Assembly: GCA_001001115.1 (NCBI GenBank)
Contig: LCIO01000001.1
Coordinates: forward strand, 71,501 to 135,500
DNA length: 64,000 nucleotides
Direction of reading: 5' to 3'
Source: Candidatus Wolfebacteria bacterium GW2011_GWA1_44_24
GTDB taxonomy: Bacteria > Patescibacteriota > Minisyncoccia > UBA6257 > UBA9933
In this document: positions 29,425 through 39,115 of the stretch, piece after piece
Position numbering within the stretch: position 1 is the stretch's first letter
Layout: the number at the start of each line of letters is the position of its first letter
Program-made: the position numbers and the translations under genes
Notes under the pieces: model-generated
The model's input: the letters and a program-made list of their open reading frames with translations, nothing else
Database searches by the model: none
Told to the model about the DNA's origin: nothing

Positions 29425-30174
29425 CTAAAGATTAAACAACAACTTGATTATTAACGCTATAACAACCACTATGAGTAACCCTCTAAGCCACTTATCACCA
29501 AACTTTAGTGCAGTGTGTGCGCCGATATACGAGCCCACCATTGAAGTAATGGCCAATGGCACCGCAAGAGAAAAATCGATGTTGTCTCTTCTTACAAAAA
29601 CAAAAAGTGCCGCAATAAGCATAATGGCGGTAACAAAAACAGAATCAGCAATTCCTTGCATTAAGTCTCTACCAAGCAACAAGACAAATAAAAATATCAA
29701 AAATGTTGCGACCCCTACCGAAAAGAACCCGCCGTATATACCCAAGATGAAACATAAAATACCTGCAATAATAAAATCTTTTCTATTGAGTTTTTTGTTT
29801 TCAATCTCAAGGCCAGCAGAAGGTTTTTTGAAAATCAAAAAGATTAAGCCGAAAAAGAAAATAGCAACAATTTTAGATAAAATCTCTTTGTTAATATCAA
29901 GGACAAGATTAGCACCGATAAAAGCACCTATGAGCGAGATTATGGAGAGAGGTAAAACAATTCTAAAATTTATTTTATGGTTCTTCCAATATTTGAAGAC
30001 CGCAACGACATTTATCAACCACCCCGAAAGAATATTGGTACCAATGGCTAATGTGGGTGTTAGCCCAAGAAAAAGTAGAGCTGGCAACGTAATGAGTGCT
30101 CCGGCACCAACTTGTGCCCCTACAAATCCCCCCACCAAACCGGCAAGAGATATAAAAATTAAACTAAAATCCAT
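29425..30174 (-). CDS. TauE/SafE (DUF81) family sulfite/anion exporter
   Basis: 249 aa, 7-8 TM segments; N-terminal LAGLVGGFVGAQVGAGALITLPALLFLGL typical of the family. Confidence 0.7.
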   Translation of the reverse strand: MDFSLIFISLAGLVGGFVGAQVGAGALITLPALLFLGLTPTLAIGTNILSGWLINVVAVFKYWKNHKINFRIVLPLSIISLIGAFIGANLVLDINKEILSKIVAIFFFGLIFLIFKKPSAGLEIENKKLNRKDFIIAGILCFILGIYGGFFSVGVATFLIFLFVLLLGRDLMQGIADSVFVTAIMLIAALFVFVRRDNIDFSLAVPLAITSMVGSYIGAHTALKFGDKWLRGLLIVVVIALIIKLLFNL

Positions 30175-30306
30175 TTATGAAAAATTTTCTTTTACTTTTA
30201 ATTTTATTAAAAACGAAACCGCCAATTGATTTTTTCGCCCAAAATTCCGTTCAATTTGGTCGCCGAGCGAAGCGAGGCGACCTACAAATCGTTGACTTTT
30301 CCTTAC

Positions 30307-30381
30307 TGGCTCCGCGGGTAGGATTCGAACCTACGACCAATCGCTTAACAGGCGACCGCTCTACCACTGAGCTACCGCGGA
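30307..30381 (-). tRNA. tRNA-Asn (anticodon GTT), CCA encoded
   Basis: Acceptor TCCGCGG/CCGCGGA, D arm GCTC-AGTGGTA-GAGC, anticodon stem GTCGC/GCGAT with loop CTGTTAA, and T arm GTAGG-TTCGAAT-CCTAC. Confidence 0.85.
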
Positions 30382-30416
30382 ATATCATTACAATTTAACA
30401 AAAAATAAACGGATTT

Positions 30417-30911
30417 TCAATTCTTGGGCGGGTAAACAGCCATCAACCATCTCAAAATCAAATCGCTCGGTTTTCTGATTTTTTCGCCCGGGAAATCAAA
30501 CCAAACCCTTTCAAATGTTTTCAAATCCATTTTTCTGACTTTGCCGATTTCTGGATCGGCCAGAAAAATATGATTTTTCGTCGCGGCAACAATTGCGGAA
30601 TAATGGCCTTCGTCTTCCGAAAACCAATCCACTATAACCGGTATTTTCTTTTTCAAATAAAATTTAATGTCTTCCGAAGACGCGCCGGATTTGATAACAA
30701 ATTTCAATTTTATTTTTTTTAATCCTGTTCTGAATCCTCTTTCATCTGTCCCCTTTTCTCGGGTGGTCTTCAAAATTTCAGCCAGATAATTCTCGCCATA
30801 ATTCAATCCGTAAAAATCCAAAACCATTTTCAAAGCCACCGGCCCGCAAAAACCCGACTTTGTCTGTTTCATCGGTTTAATTTTCAATATCGTTGTCTTC
30901 ATCAATTTCAC
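30417..30911 (-). CDS. peptidase C39-like (papain-fold) domain protein
   Basis: KSGFCGPVALKMVLDFYG (catalytic Cys context) and a downstream GHY (His), as in bacteriocin-processing C39 peptidase domains. Confidence 0.45.
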   Translation of the reverse strand: MKLMKTTILKIKPMKQTKSGFCGPVALKMVLDFYGLNYGENYLAEILKTTREKGTDERGFRTGLKKIKLKFVIKSGASSEDIKFYLKKKIPVIVDWFSEDEGHYSAIVAATKNHIFLADPEIGKVRKMDLKTFERVWFDFPGEKIRKPSDLILRWLMAVYPPKN

Positions 30912-31212
30912 TCACCATCTCGTCTAAATCATTTTTAATGAGTTTCGGCATCATTTTTTCTATTTCTTCTTTTTTAAGCGCAATGCCTTTATTTAAAAAA
31001 ACTTGTTTAATCGTTTCCGGCGTCATAAAATCAATATTTTCAAACTCAGCAAATTCCAACACTTTTCCCTCTTTGTCTTTAATAAAAAATCTTTTTATTT
31101 CTTTTTTATTGTTTTTAATATTATAATGCGCTTCAGCAGTCCTCCCGTCGGACAAAGGAATGTCTTGTTTAACAATTTCTATTTCTTTTTTAGGCTGTTC
31201 AAATTTTTCCAT
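30877..31212 (-). CDS. hypothetical acidic protein
   Basis: 111 aa, Glu/Asp/Lys-rich, no motif. Confidence 0.3.
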   Translation of the reverse strand: MEKFEQPKKEIEIVKQDIPLSDGRTAEAHYNIKNNKKEIKRFFIKDKEGKVLEFAEFENIDFMTPETIKQVFLNKGIALKKEEIEKMMPKLIKNDLDEMVSEIDEDNDIEN

Positions 31213-31218
31213 ACTCAG

Positions 31219-31695
31219 TTAATTCAACGTTTTCGCTTTTTCCAGCCTCAAAATAAGCAAACTCAAAATAAAAAGAATTGTTGAAATAAACGCCGAAAGA
31301 AGACAATATGGACAAAGCGCTTTAATCACAAAAACTTGGAGATAAACGAAATAAACGGAAGCGAGAAAACCCAAAAACGCCAGGACAGCCGCAAGTTTGA
31401 CAATAACGTTTCTGGCAAAATAAGCGTAAAAAATCATTAAAGAAAAAATCGCAAAATAAAAAATCGCTCCGAGAAGGGAAAGTGGAACGCCGCCGATGTA
31501 AGAATATTTGCTTTTAAAAACTTCGCCGCAATCGAAAAAAGAAGAAATTGGACACGGCGGCGGCAAACCGGCGCCATGCTGCCAAATCAAATAAACCGAG
31601 TCGAAAAAACCGGCTAAACTCATCAATAAAAAAACAACGATAAACCAATTACGGATTGTTAATTGCTTGAGAAATGGCATTTTTAAATTCTTCAT
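31219..31695 (-). CDS. vitamin K epoxide reductase (VKOR) family protein
   Basis: Multi-TM protein with a CxxC active-site motif (LCPYCLLSAF) and an additional Cys pair (CPISSFFDC). Confidence 0.6.
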   Translation of the reverse strand: MKNLKMPFLKQLTIRNWFIVVFLLMSLAGFFDSVYLIWQHGAGLPPPCPISSFFDCGEVFKSKYSYIGGVPLSLLGAIFYFAIFSLMIFYAYFARNVIVKLAAVLAFLGFLASVYFVYLQVFVIKALCPYCLLSAFISTILFILSLLILRLEKAKTLN

Positions 31696-32356
31696 AGCTT
31701 CGCGGCGAAATTTTTCGGCCGTTCAAGAAAAACGTCGGCGTGGCGTTAACGCCGGCTTCAAGGCCGCTCCGCGAATCGCCGCTTATTTTATCTTTCGATT
31801 CTTTTAAATTCAAATCGTCTTTGAACCGGTTAATATCCAGTCCGATTTTTTGGGCATAACCCGCGAAAATATCTTCGGCGTTTAACGCCTCGCTCCACTC
31901 TTTTTGATTTTCAAAAATCAAATCGTGTATTTCCCAAAATTTTCCCTGCCTGCCGGCCGCTTCGGAAGCCATTGCCGCCGATTCCGCGTTTTTATGCTGG
32001 CTAAGCGGAAAATGGCGATAAACAAAAACGATTCTGTCTTTGAATTCATCTGTAATTTGTTTCACTGTCGGCTCGTAAGCGACGCAAGCCGGACATTGAA
32101 AATCGCTGTATTCAATCAAAATAATCTTGGCATTTTTATCGCCTTTTGTCCAGTCAGAAGCGGAAACCGCGTTCATCCCCAAAACCGGCTGTTCCGGAGA
32201 ACTTCCTTTGTATTTTATCGCCAAAAAAACAAAACCGGCAATCACCAAAAAAATAATCGCGCCAAAAACCAGCCGTTCAATCATCCGGCTCCACGCTTCT
32301 TTTTTTCGTTTTTCTTCTTTCTCCGATTGTTTTAATTCGTATTGTTCTTTTGACAT
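31649..32356 (-). CDS. DsbA-like thioredoxin-fold disulfide oxidoreductase (membrane anchored)
   Basis: CPAC active site (DFQCPACVAYEP). I set the start at MSKEQYELKQ (32356); the longer ORF-track start lacks homology. Its 3' end overlaps the VKOR gene start. Confidence 0.6.
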   Translation of the reverse strand: MSKEQYELKQSEKEEKRKKEAWSRMIERLVFGAIIFLVIAGFVFLAIKYKGSSPEQPVLGMNAVSASDWTKGDKNAKIILIEYSDFQCPACVAYEPTVKQITDEFKDRIVFVYRHFPLSQHKNAESAAMASEAAGRQGKFWEIHDLIFENQKEWSEALNAEDIFAGYAQKIGLDINRFKDDLNLKESKDKISGDSRSGLEAGVNATPTFFLNGRKISPRSYEEFKNAISQAINNP

Positions 32357-32400
32357 ATTAAGATAAAGAAGCCCCCGCCTGAATTTTCGACAGGGGCAAA

Positions 32401-32949
32401 TTATCGTGGAACTCCCGCAAACCAATAAGCGCCGCTCCACCAATAATCGTCTCCTAAACAAACCAGATATAATTCCCGACTAAAGCGATCGCCGTACAAA
32501 GCCGGATAGCAATTTTTATTAGCTGATTGCCTCCAGGCGGAACCAAAAGCGATTATCGTGAATTCTCGCTGAAGGTCCGGATATTTCTCGGCCAAAACGA
32601 TAAGTTCCCGAATTTCGGCTGGCCGCAAATTCATCTTTTCGAACTCGCGGAATATCTTGTCGGTTTCTACAATATCGCCGAAATAAATAAGCATAACGTC
32701 GATTTTTTCTTTCCCCAGTCGTTTTACCGGAAAATGTTCGACGTTGATATCCGGATGAACCCAATTATATTTTCCGTCGTCAATACCGTCTTTTAGACTG
32801 CGGTAATAATCGACTTCTAAACGAAAAACCTGTTTTTGGTATGAATTTCCGGCTTCTTCGGCCGCGGCGAGATTAAAAACCGCAAAAATAGCCGTTCCCA
32901 ACAGCAGCGCCCTCAATGTCTTCATCGGTTTCACCTCCCTTTTTTTCAA
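32401..32949 (-). CDS. hypothetical secreted protein
   Basis: Signal peptide (MKTLRALLLGTAIFAVFNLAAA), no motif. Confidence 0.3.
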   Translation of the reverse strand: MKKREVKPMKTLRALLLGTAIFAVFNLAAAEEAGNSYQKQVFRLEVDYYRSLKDGIDDGKYNWVHPDINVEHFPVKRLGKEKIDVMLIYFGDIVETDKIFREFEKMNLRPAEIRELIVLAEKYPDLQREFTIIAFGSAWRQSANKNCYPALYGDRFSRELYLVCLGDDYWWSGAYWFAGVPR

Positions 32950-32997
32950 ATTTAATCAAAGAGCTTCGATTATTAATTATAAGGAAATTTTTATATT

Positions 32998-33678
32998 TTA
33001 CAAATAGATTTTTTTTAGATATTTATCAGCCTGCTTTAAATCCTGTAAATTGTTTATCGGCATCCAGAAGGCGGCTTTTTCTATTTTAATCGGATAATCA
33101 CGGGCCATTTTAGCAATGGTTTGAGGAAGTCCGTATTCATTCTCGCCAATTAAAACTAAAGGATAGTCGAAAATTCTTTTGTCCAAAACATAAAGACCGC
33201 AGTTGATCAAGGCGCCAGTTGGAATTTTCTGGCTTTCAACAATTTCTCGCAGAACGCCGTCATCAATTTTAACAATGCCAAAACGCTCCGGCGCCTCGAT
33301 TTTCTGCGCTAAAAGACAAAGTTTATGCCGCAGACAATTTTCCATATCTTTTTTAAGATACAAATTGTCACCCATAAGAACCAGAAATTTATTTTCAAGC
33401 GAATCTTTGGCAATGAAAAGCGCGTGGCCGGTGCCTAATTGTTCTGTTTGTTCGATGTATTTTATTTGACGGCCGCTAAAATAGTTGCCGATATGCTTTT
33501 TAATCCGGCTTCTTAAGCGCCCCACCACCAAAATAACCTCTTTAACTTCTTGTGGAAGTTGTGAAATGTTGTGCTCTAATACGGTTTTTTTACCGACTTT
33601 AAGCAGGCATTTTGGTATTTCTTCGGCGGCAGAACTTAATTTTATTCCTTCGCCAGCGACTAGAATAACGGCTTGCAT
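32998..33678 (-). CDS. sugar/alcohol-phosphate nucleotidyltransferase (NTP_transferase family)
   Basis: MQAVILVAGEGIKL...PKCLLKVGKK and GTGHAL motifs of the G1P nucleotidyl/cytidylyltransferase fold. Confidence 0.65.
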   Translation of the reverse strand: MQAVILVAGEGIKLSSAAEEIPKCLLKVGKKTVLEHNISQLPQEVKEVILVVGRLRSRIKKHIGNYFSGRQIKYIEQTEQLGTGHALFIAKDSLENKFLVLMGDNLYLKKDMENCLRHKLCLLAQKIEAPERFGIVKIDDGVLREIVESQKIPTGALINCGLYVLDKRIFDYPLVLIGENEYGLPQTIAKMARDYPIKIEKAAFWMPINNLQDLKQADKYLKKIYL

Positions 33679-33728
33679 GATTTTATAATAACAAAAAGGA
33701 TGCCGCTACGCATCTTTTTTGAAATATA

Positions 33729-34319
33729 TTATATGGATCTGTAAACCACAAGACTTACTAAGGCAAATACCAAAGAAAAATACAAAAAATAAGTTGAAAT
33801 AACCAGCAATAACGGAAAAGGATAAATCGCGTGCAAAAGGAGAAGCCCTATGCCGAATGACTGAAGATTCATTTTTATCTTGCCGGCGCGGACTGCCTGC
33901 ACGACAATATTCTGATATTTCTTTTTATAATAGCCGTTTAATATAAGAAGAAGCTCGATAAAAATAATTGCCGCCGCCAAATAAACATTTATAAATTTTG
34001 AAACAATAATCGCCGCCGCGCTCCCGATAAGCATCTTGTCGGCCAAGGGATCGGACATTTTTCCCCATTCGGTAATCTGATTTGTAACTCTTGCCAGGGC
34101 GCCGTCAATCATATCGGAAAAAGCGGATATGGAAAAAAGAATAATGCCGAAAAGATACTTTTCTGAAAATAAAAGCAATATTATAAAAGGGATTGTTAAA
34201 AAACGGAATATAGTTATATGATTGGGCGTAATCCAAGGCGGAAAAACTTTCAAAAAAATTTTAGCGATAACTACCTCAAGTTTTCCAAATTTTTTTGTGA
34301 GATTTTTTACTTGAATCAT
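33729..34319 (-). CDS. CDP-alcohol phosphatidyltransferase family protein
   Basis: Perfect signature D-M-I-D-G-A-L-A-R-x8-G-x3-D-x3-D (AFSDMIDGALARVTNQITEWGKMSDPLADK) within a multi-TM protein. Confidence 0.7.
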   Translation of the reverse strand: MIQVKNLTKKFGKLEVVIAKIFLKVFPPWITPNHITIFRFLTIPFIILLLFSEKYLFGIILFSISAFSDMIDGALARVTNQITEWGKMSDPLADKMLIGSAAAIIVSKFINVYLAAAIIFIELLLILNGYYKKKYQNIVVQAVRAGKIKMNLQSFGIGLLLLHAIYPFPLLLVISTYFLYFSLVFALVSLVVYRSI

Positions 34320-34325
34320 ATAGTT

Positions 34326-35543
34326 TTATTCATATCTCAATGCCTCGATGGGATTGAGCGAGGCCGCTCTTCTTGCCGGATAATAACCGAAAATTATTCC
34401 TATCGCAGCCGATACTCCAAAGGCGAGAATTACCGCTTGCAAAGAAACTTGCGTGACGAGACCGGTAAAACTCGTCACAAGAAAAGAAATAGTCCAACCA
34501 AGAGCAACGCCTGCCGCACCTCCCAAAAAAGTAAGTGCGACCGCTTCGGCAAGAAACTGCATTGATATGTCTTTTTTCTTCGCGCCAATGGCTTTGCGAA
34601 GTCCAATTTCCCGCGTTCGTTCCGTAACGGTGGTAAGCATCATGTTCATAATTCCGATGCCGCCCACAATAAGCGAAATACCGGCAACCGCGGCAAGAAA
34701 AATGGTGAATGTGTCCGTCACTTGCGTGAGCGTGCCGAGAATATCCGCCTGCGAGACGATGGAGAAGTCCGGGCTTTGCGGATCCACGCGGTGTTTTGCG
34801 ATAAGCATGGCAGTTGCCTCTTCTTGAACTTGAGGCATGAGGTCTTTACTTTGAACGCTTATGGCGATAGTTGAAAGAGAATCATCCCCGACAAGAATTT
34901 TTTGCATTGTAGTAAGCGGCACGAAAACAGTATCATCGGGATTGAAAAACCCCGCGCTGCCCTTTGATTGCAAAACGCCAATAACTTTGAAATTTACTCT
35001 GTTGATGCGAATGGTTTTGCCGACAGGGTCATTGCCTTCGCCAAAAAGGTCCTGCGCAACGGTGGGGCCGAGCACCGCTACTCGACCTAAACTTCTTACT
35101 TGCGCTTCGGTTATAAACGATCCGGCCCCTGGGGAGATATTTCTCACCGGCGCATAATCGGGTTCAACTCCGATTATGGTGGAGTTAGTATTATTGCCGC
35201 CAGCGACAATTTGAAATCTTCTTTGAACTTCCGGCGAGATATACGCGACTCCTGAAATTTGACGCAACACCTCGATGTCTTCATTTTTGAGCGTTTGCGC
35301 CGATCCTCGACCAGAGGAGACAATGCCTCTGCCGGGTTGGATAACCCCGGGCATTACCGTGAGGAGATTTGAACCGAGACCCTCAATGCTTGATTGAATC
35401 TGGCCCGATGCGCCTTGACCAATTGAAACCATGGCAATGACTGAACCGATCCCGATGACAATGCCAAGAATTGTGAGGCCTGACCTCGCTTTATTTGCCG
35501 AAAGGGCGTTATATGTTTCTTGAAAAATATCTTGGACTTTCAT
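34326..35543 (-). CDS. ABC transporter permease, MacB/FtsX type
   Basis: N-terminal TM, a large periplasmic domain, and a C-terminal FtsX-like 3-TM bundle. Confidence 0.75.
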   Translation of the reverse strand: MKVQDIFQETYNALSANKARSGLTILGIVIGIGSVIAMVSIGQGASGQIQSSIEGLGSNLLTVMPGVIQPGRGIVSSGRGSAQTLKNEDIEVLRQISGVAYISPEVQRRFQIVAGGNNTNSTIIGVEPDYAPVRNISPGAGSFITEAQVRSLGRVAVLGPTVAQDLFGEGNDPVGKTIRINRVNFKVIGVLQSKGSAGFFNPDDTVFVPLTTMQKILVGDDSLSTIAISVQSKDLMPQVQEEATAMLIAKHRVDPQSPDFSIVSQADILGTLTQVTDTFTIFLAAVAGISLIVGGIGIMNMMLTTVTERTREIGLRKAIGAKKKDISMQFLAEAVALTFLGGAAGVALGWTISFLVTSFTGLVTQVSLQAVILAFGVSAAIGIIFGYYPARRAASLNPIEALRYE

Positions 35544-36262
35544 TTTGCGTTGTGATTATGATTATTGATGACACGCCGATTTTTGACTTTGCCATCCTCG
35601 ACAATACTTCCGTCTCGGATATTAATAATGCGCTCGGCATGTTCGGCGACATAGGGTTCATGAGTGATTAAAACAATCGTCCGGCCTTGTTCTTGGTGAA
35701 GCCGCTGGAAAGTATCCAGCACCATTTCGCCTGTTTTGGTATCCAAATTTCCCGTCGGTTCATCGGCAAGCACAAGCATCGGATTATTTACAAGGGCCCG
35801 GGCAATAGCGACTCTTTGCATCATTCCGCCAGAAAGCTGGTTGGAATAATGATTCCAAAAATCCTCGGGAAGCGTCGCGCCCCGTAAAGCTTCTCGAGCT
35901 TGATTTTCCCGTTCTTCTTTGGAAATTCCAGCATATACCAAGGGAAGCATAACATTACGAAGCACGGTTGCCCGAGGAAGGAGATTAAACGATTGAAAGA
36001 CAAAGCCGATTTTTTTCATACGGATGTCAGCCAATTCATTGTCGGAGAGTTTGGATATATCTTTATTATCTAAAAAATATTCTCCGCTTGTGGGCGTATC
36101 CAAACAACCGATGATGTGCATGAGAGTTGATTTGCCGGAACCAGAAGGACCCATGATTGCCACAAATTCTCCATCGTTTATCTTGAACGAAGTATTTTTT
36201 AGCGCGTGAGTTTCTATCTCTCCGTTTTTGTACGTTTTGACTATGTTTCTACACTCAATCAT
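35540..36262 (-). CDS. ABC transporter ATP-binding protein (MacB/LolD-like)
   Basis: Walker [11 protein letters not shown]-loop, signature [15 protein letters not shown], and Walker [13 protein letters not shown]. Confidence 0.85.
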   Translation of the reverse strand: MIECRNIVKTYKNGEIETHALKNTSFKINDGEFVAIMGPSGSGKSTLMHIIGCLDTPTSGEYFLDNKDISKLSDNELADIRMKKIGFVFQSFNLLPRATVLRNVMLPLVYAGISKEERENQAREALRGATLPEDFWNHYSNQLSGGMMQRVAIARALVNNPMLVLADEPTGNLDTKTGEMVLDTFQRLHQEQGRTIVLITHEPYVAEHAERIINIRDGSIVEDGKVKNRRVINNHNHNAK

Positions 36263-36273
36263 GGCTGTAATTT

Positions 36274-37989
36274 TTAACGCGTTCTTATTTGGCTGCCGCC
36301 TGTTGGAAGACCCGGAATTCTAATAGAGGAACTTTGTTGCGTTTGCGCGGCTTGAGAAGTTGATTGAATAATTCGCGTCACGACGGCGTCTCCCTCCTGA
36401 AGCCCTCTTACAATTTCGGTAAATTCATCATTAGAAAGACCAATTTCGACCCGTTGTTGGCGCGGAGAATTTTTAAGAATCGCTCCGCTTGAATTTGCCG
36501 CAAGCGCCGCGTTTTTATCGTCATCTCCTATAATTTCCGCATAATTTATTCCTCCCTGCGATTTAATCGCTGAATTTGGAACAAGAAGCGCGTTTGATTT
36601 TGCCTCAATAACAATTGCGGCGGAAACGCTCATCCCGGGCTTTATCCTGTCATCTTGAGTGTCAAAAGCGATTTTTACGGTATAAGTAACGACACCCTGC
36701 GAAACCGTCCCGACAGCGTCAATCTCCGCGACTTGACCCGTGATTGTAAAATTAGGTATGGCGTCAAAAACAAGTGTGGTTTTTTGACCAATTTTCACTT
36801 GAGCGACATCGACTTCATTTAAAGAAATTTCCGCAATTTTCTGACGAGTAATAAGCGTAGCAAGAACGCTTGCCGATGACACGGAATCGCCTTTCTTTAA
36901 ATTTGTTTTAGCAATCACTCCGTTAAACGGAGCGCGAATATAATAATCGTCTAATTTTTCTTTGGCATCCAAAAGCGCGTTTTCTTTCTGTTTCACGGCG
37001 AGTTCCTGGCTCGCAACGTCAAAATCTGAACCGACAATCGCTTCTTTGTCCGTTTGAATCCCGTTTTTAATTGAAAGAAGGTTCAGAAGATGGGTGTTTG
37101 TTTTTCCCGTATAATTATTGATATTGGACAAATGCGTATTGGAAAGCGAATTCAACCTGAGACTCCTTTCGGTGAGTTTTTCTTGATAAAACTGGATTAA
37201 ATTATTCGCGCTTTTAAGATAATCAGCGACATTTTTTGTGGTGTCATAAGTTTGGTTTATAAGATGTTCTATCGTCAAAGTATCGGAAAATCTTGAAACC
37301 GATTTATAATCCAAAAAATTTTGGTCATATGCCTTGCGCGCGTCTCGAAATTTTAAATATACATCATCTCTAAAACTTAAAGCGGCAGAATCGTATTGTT
37401 GAACCGCGTCCGCATAATAATCAATATTCCACTGGCTAATATTAAGCGTGCTTGAAAAAAGCGTGTCTTGAAGCCCGATCATAATTGTCGGCAAATCAAT
37501 AAAAACGCTCGCGACAATATTAAACCCGTCTTCGTAATCTTTTTTAAGATTGTCTTTCGCTTTTTCGGTAATACTACGAAGGGTATAATCGTCGCCTTTT
37601 TTGCCCTTCATTTCTTCTAAAGTCAGCCTTACATTTTCCAGATTTAATTCTGCGTCGCGCACCGTTTTTTGCGCGTCTCGAATGTCGAGTTGGGCAATAA
37701 GAGCGCCGGCTTTTACCGCTTCCCCGTTTTCAACGCCGACATAAACCACTTCTCCGGAAACTTTCGGTTTAATATCTATCTGATTGGAAACGGAAACCTG
37801 TCCGCTTCCGGAAATAGAAACGACAAGAGTTCCTTTCCGAGCTTGGGCAGCAATATAACGAATTTCACCGCTATTGCTAAAAAATTTTGTGTAGCCATAA
37901 TAACCGCCGCCGAGGAGAATAAAAACAGCGATGGCCAGCCACAATTTGTTTGATAAAATTTTTTTGACGATTTTGAAAATATACGCCAT
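36274..37989 (-). CDS. periplasmic adaptor (HlyD/MacA membrane-fusion family) with extended coiled coil and a Gln/Ser-rich tail
   Basis: N-terminal TM, a biotinyl/lipoyl-like beta domain, a long coiled-coil region, and a beta-barrel domain (GQVAEIDAVGTVSQGVVTY). Confidence 0.6.
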   Translation of the reverse strand: MAYIFKIVKKILSNKLWLAIAVFILLGGGYYGYTKFFSNSGEIRYIAAQARKGTLVVSISGSGQVSVSNQIDIKPKVSGEVVYVGVENGEAVKAGALIAQLDIRDAQKTVRDAELNLENVRLTLEEMKGKKGDDYTLRSITEKAKDNLKKDYEDGFNIVASVFIDLPTIMIGLQDTLFSSTLNISQWNIDYYADAVQQYDSAALSFRDDVYLKFRDARKAYDQNFLDYKSVSRFSDTLTIEHLINQTYDTTKNVADYLKSANNLIQFYQEKLTERSLRLNSLSNTHLSNINNYTGKTNTHLLNLLSIKNGIQTDKEAIVGSDFDVASQELAVKQKENALLDAKEKLDDYYIRAPFNGVIAKTNLKKGDSVSSASVLATLITRQKIAEISLNEVDVAQVKIGQKTTLVFDAIPNFTITGQVAEIDAVGTVSQGVVTYTVKIAFDTQDDRIKPGMSVSAAIVIEAKSNALLVPNSAIKSQGGINYAEIIGDDDKNAALAANSSGAILKNSPRQQRVEIGLSNDEFTEIVRGLQEGDAVVTRIIQSTSQAAQTQQSSSIRIPGLPTGGSQIRTR

Positions 37990-37992
37990 GGA

Positions 37993-38526
37993 TTATCGGA
38001 TTACCCGAATAAATTTGGCTTCTATCTGACCTTGATCATCAGGAGAGCCGATGACGATTATTCGATCATCAATTTTAAGTTCATTCGATTTTATTGTTTC
38101 ACGGCGGCTTGTAACGGTAGTTTTATCCAAAATAAGAACAGTTTTCTCAATATTATTTTCTTCTTTAATAATAAGTGTATTTCCGTCGATTTTGATGATT
38201 GAACCAAAGACGCCGTGCCCGCTGATAAAATCTCCGGCTGGAAATTCGCGCCAATCGCCAAAAAACCCGCCCCTGGGGCCCGCAAAATTTTTATGGTAAT
38301 TTTCGGCCCATCGATACGAATATCTGGCTTTGAGCGTCCCAACTTTTACTCCCGCGCCGAAAACTATAATAAGAACCACAAAACCGATAAGTCCGATGAT
38401 GACCAGTTTGAGAATCCCGCACCAAAACTCGCCATGCTCGCTTGATACGGGACAAGAAGTCAAATGTTTTCCTTCGGAATTTTGTTTTTCTTCGTTCATA
38501 AATTTATAATTTTTGATATACGACAT
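37993..38526 (-). CDS. hypothetical membrane-anchored protein
   Basis: 177 aa, one TM, no motif. Confidence 0.3.
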   Translation of the reverse strand: MSYIKNYKFMNEEKQNSEGKHLTSCPVSSEHGEFWCGILKLVIIGLIGFVVLIIVFGAGVKVGTLKARYSYRWAENYHKNFAGPRGGFFGDWREFPAGDFISGHGVFGSIIKIDGNTLIIKEENNIEKTVLILDKTTVTSRRETIKSNELKIDDRIIVIGSPDDQGQIEAKFIRVIR

Positions 38527-38535
38527 CGACCCTGT

Positions 38536-39006
38536 TTAGCTAAAATTCATGCCATTCATAAAATATCCAAGCAGTAATCTTTTTCTGTGGAGAAATAATC
38601 GAAGGGTAAATACAGCGATAATCATGTTTACGGCAAAAAGCGTTATACCAACAACCGGCAGCGATTCAGCGATTGCCAGTGCAAAATTCTGCCAAATCGT
38701 CGGGAAATTTCCGAAATTATTGAATGCTGTCTCGATAAAATAAAGTATGCCCGAATTCGCCACTTGTTCCGCCAACAAGGTCACGGAAAACGGCGCGGCA
38801 GAAAGAGATATAACAAGAAGAACTAAAAATCCAAAAGCTAACCTCTTAGTTCTTTGCAACTCCTGCTCCCTTTTAATCGCAAAAATTATTCGATCAAAAA
38901 GGCCTGTCGGCGGCTCCGGCGGCGTAAGATGGGAGAAAAGTTTTTCATAATCTTTTCGCATAATTGCCTTATTACTAATACGACAAAGGGACGCATTTTG
39001 GTGCAT
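38536..39006 (-). CDS. putative anti-sigma factor (membrane protein downstream of the ECF sigma gene)
   Basis: By context only: a small protein with a cytoplasmic N-terminus and TM segments, encoded immediately 3' of the ECF sigma factor. Confidence 0.3.
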   Translation of the reverse strand: MHQNASLCRISNKAIMRKDYEKLFSHLTPPEPPTGLFDRIIFAIKREQELQRTKRLAFGFLVLLVISLSAAPFSVTLLAEQVANSGILYFIETAFNNFGNFPTIWQNFALAIAESLPVVGITLFAVNMIIAVFTLRLFLHRKRLLLGYFMNGMNFS

Positions 39007-39115
39007 CCCTTTATTATTGAGTCCGAAGAAAGGTCGAACAAACTTCGAACGCCCCGATACTTAAAATATGGGGAGAGGTTTTGCGGCCTCTTATATACTA
39101 CTACGAAAACAGTAT

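Noticed and set aside
29444-30229. Plus-strand ORF 29444-30229 (261 aa).
   Set aside because: It is antisense to the TauE/SafE membrane protein, whose multi-TM hydrophobic profile and family N-terminus are convincing; it is a shadow ORF.
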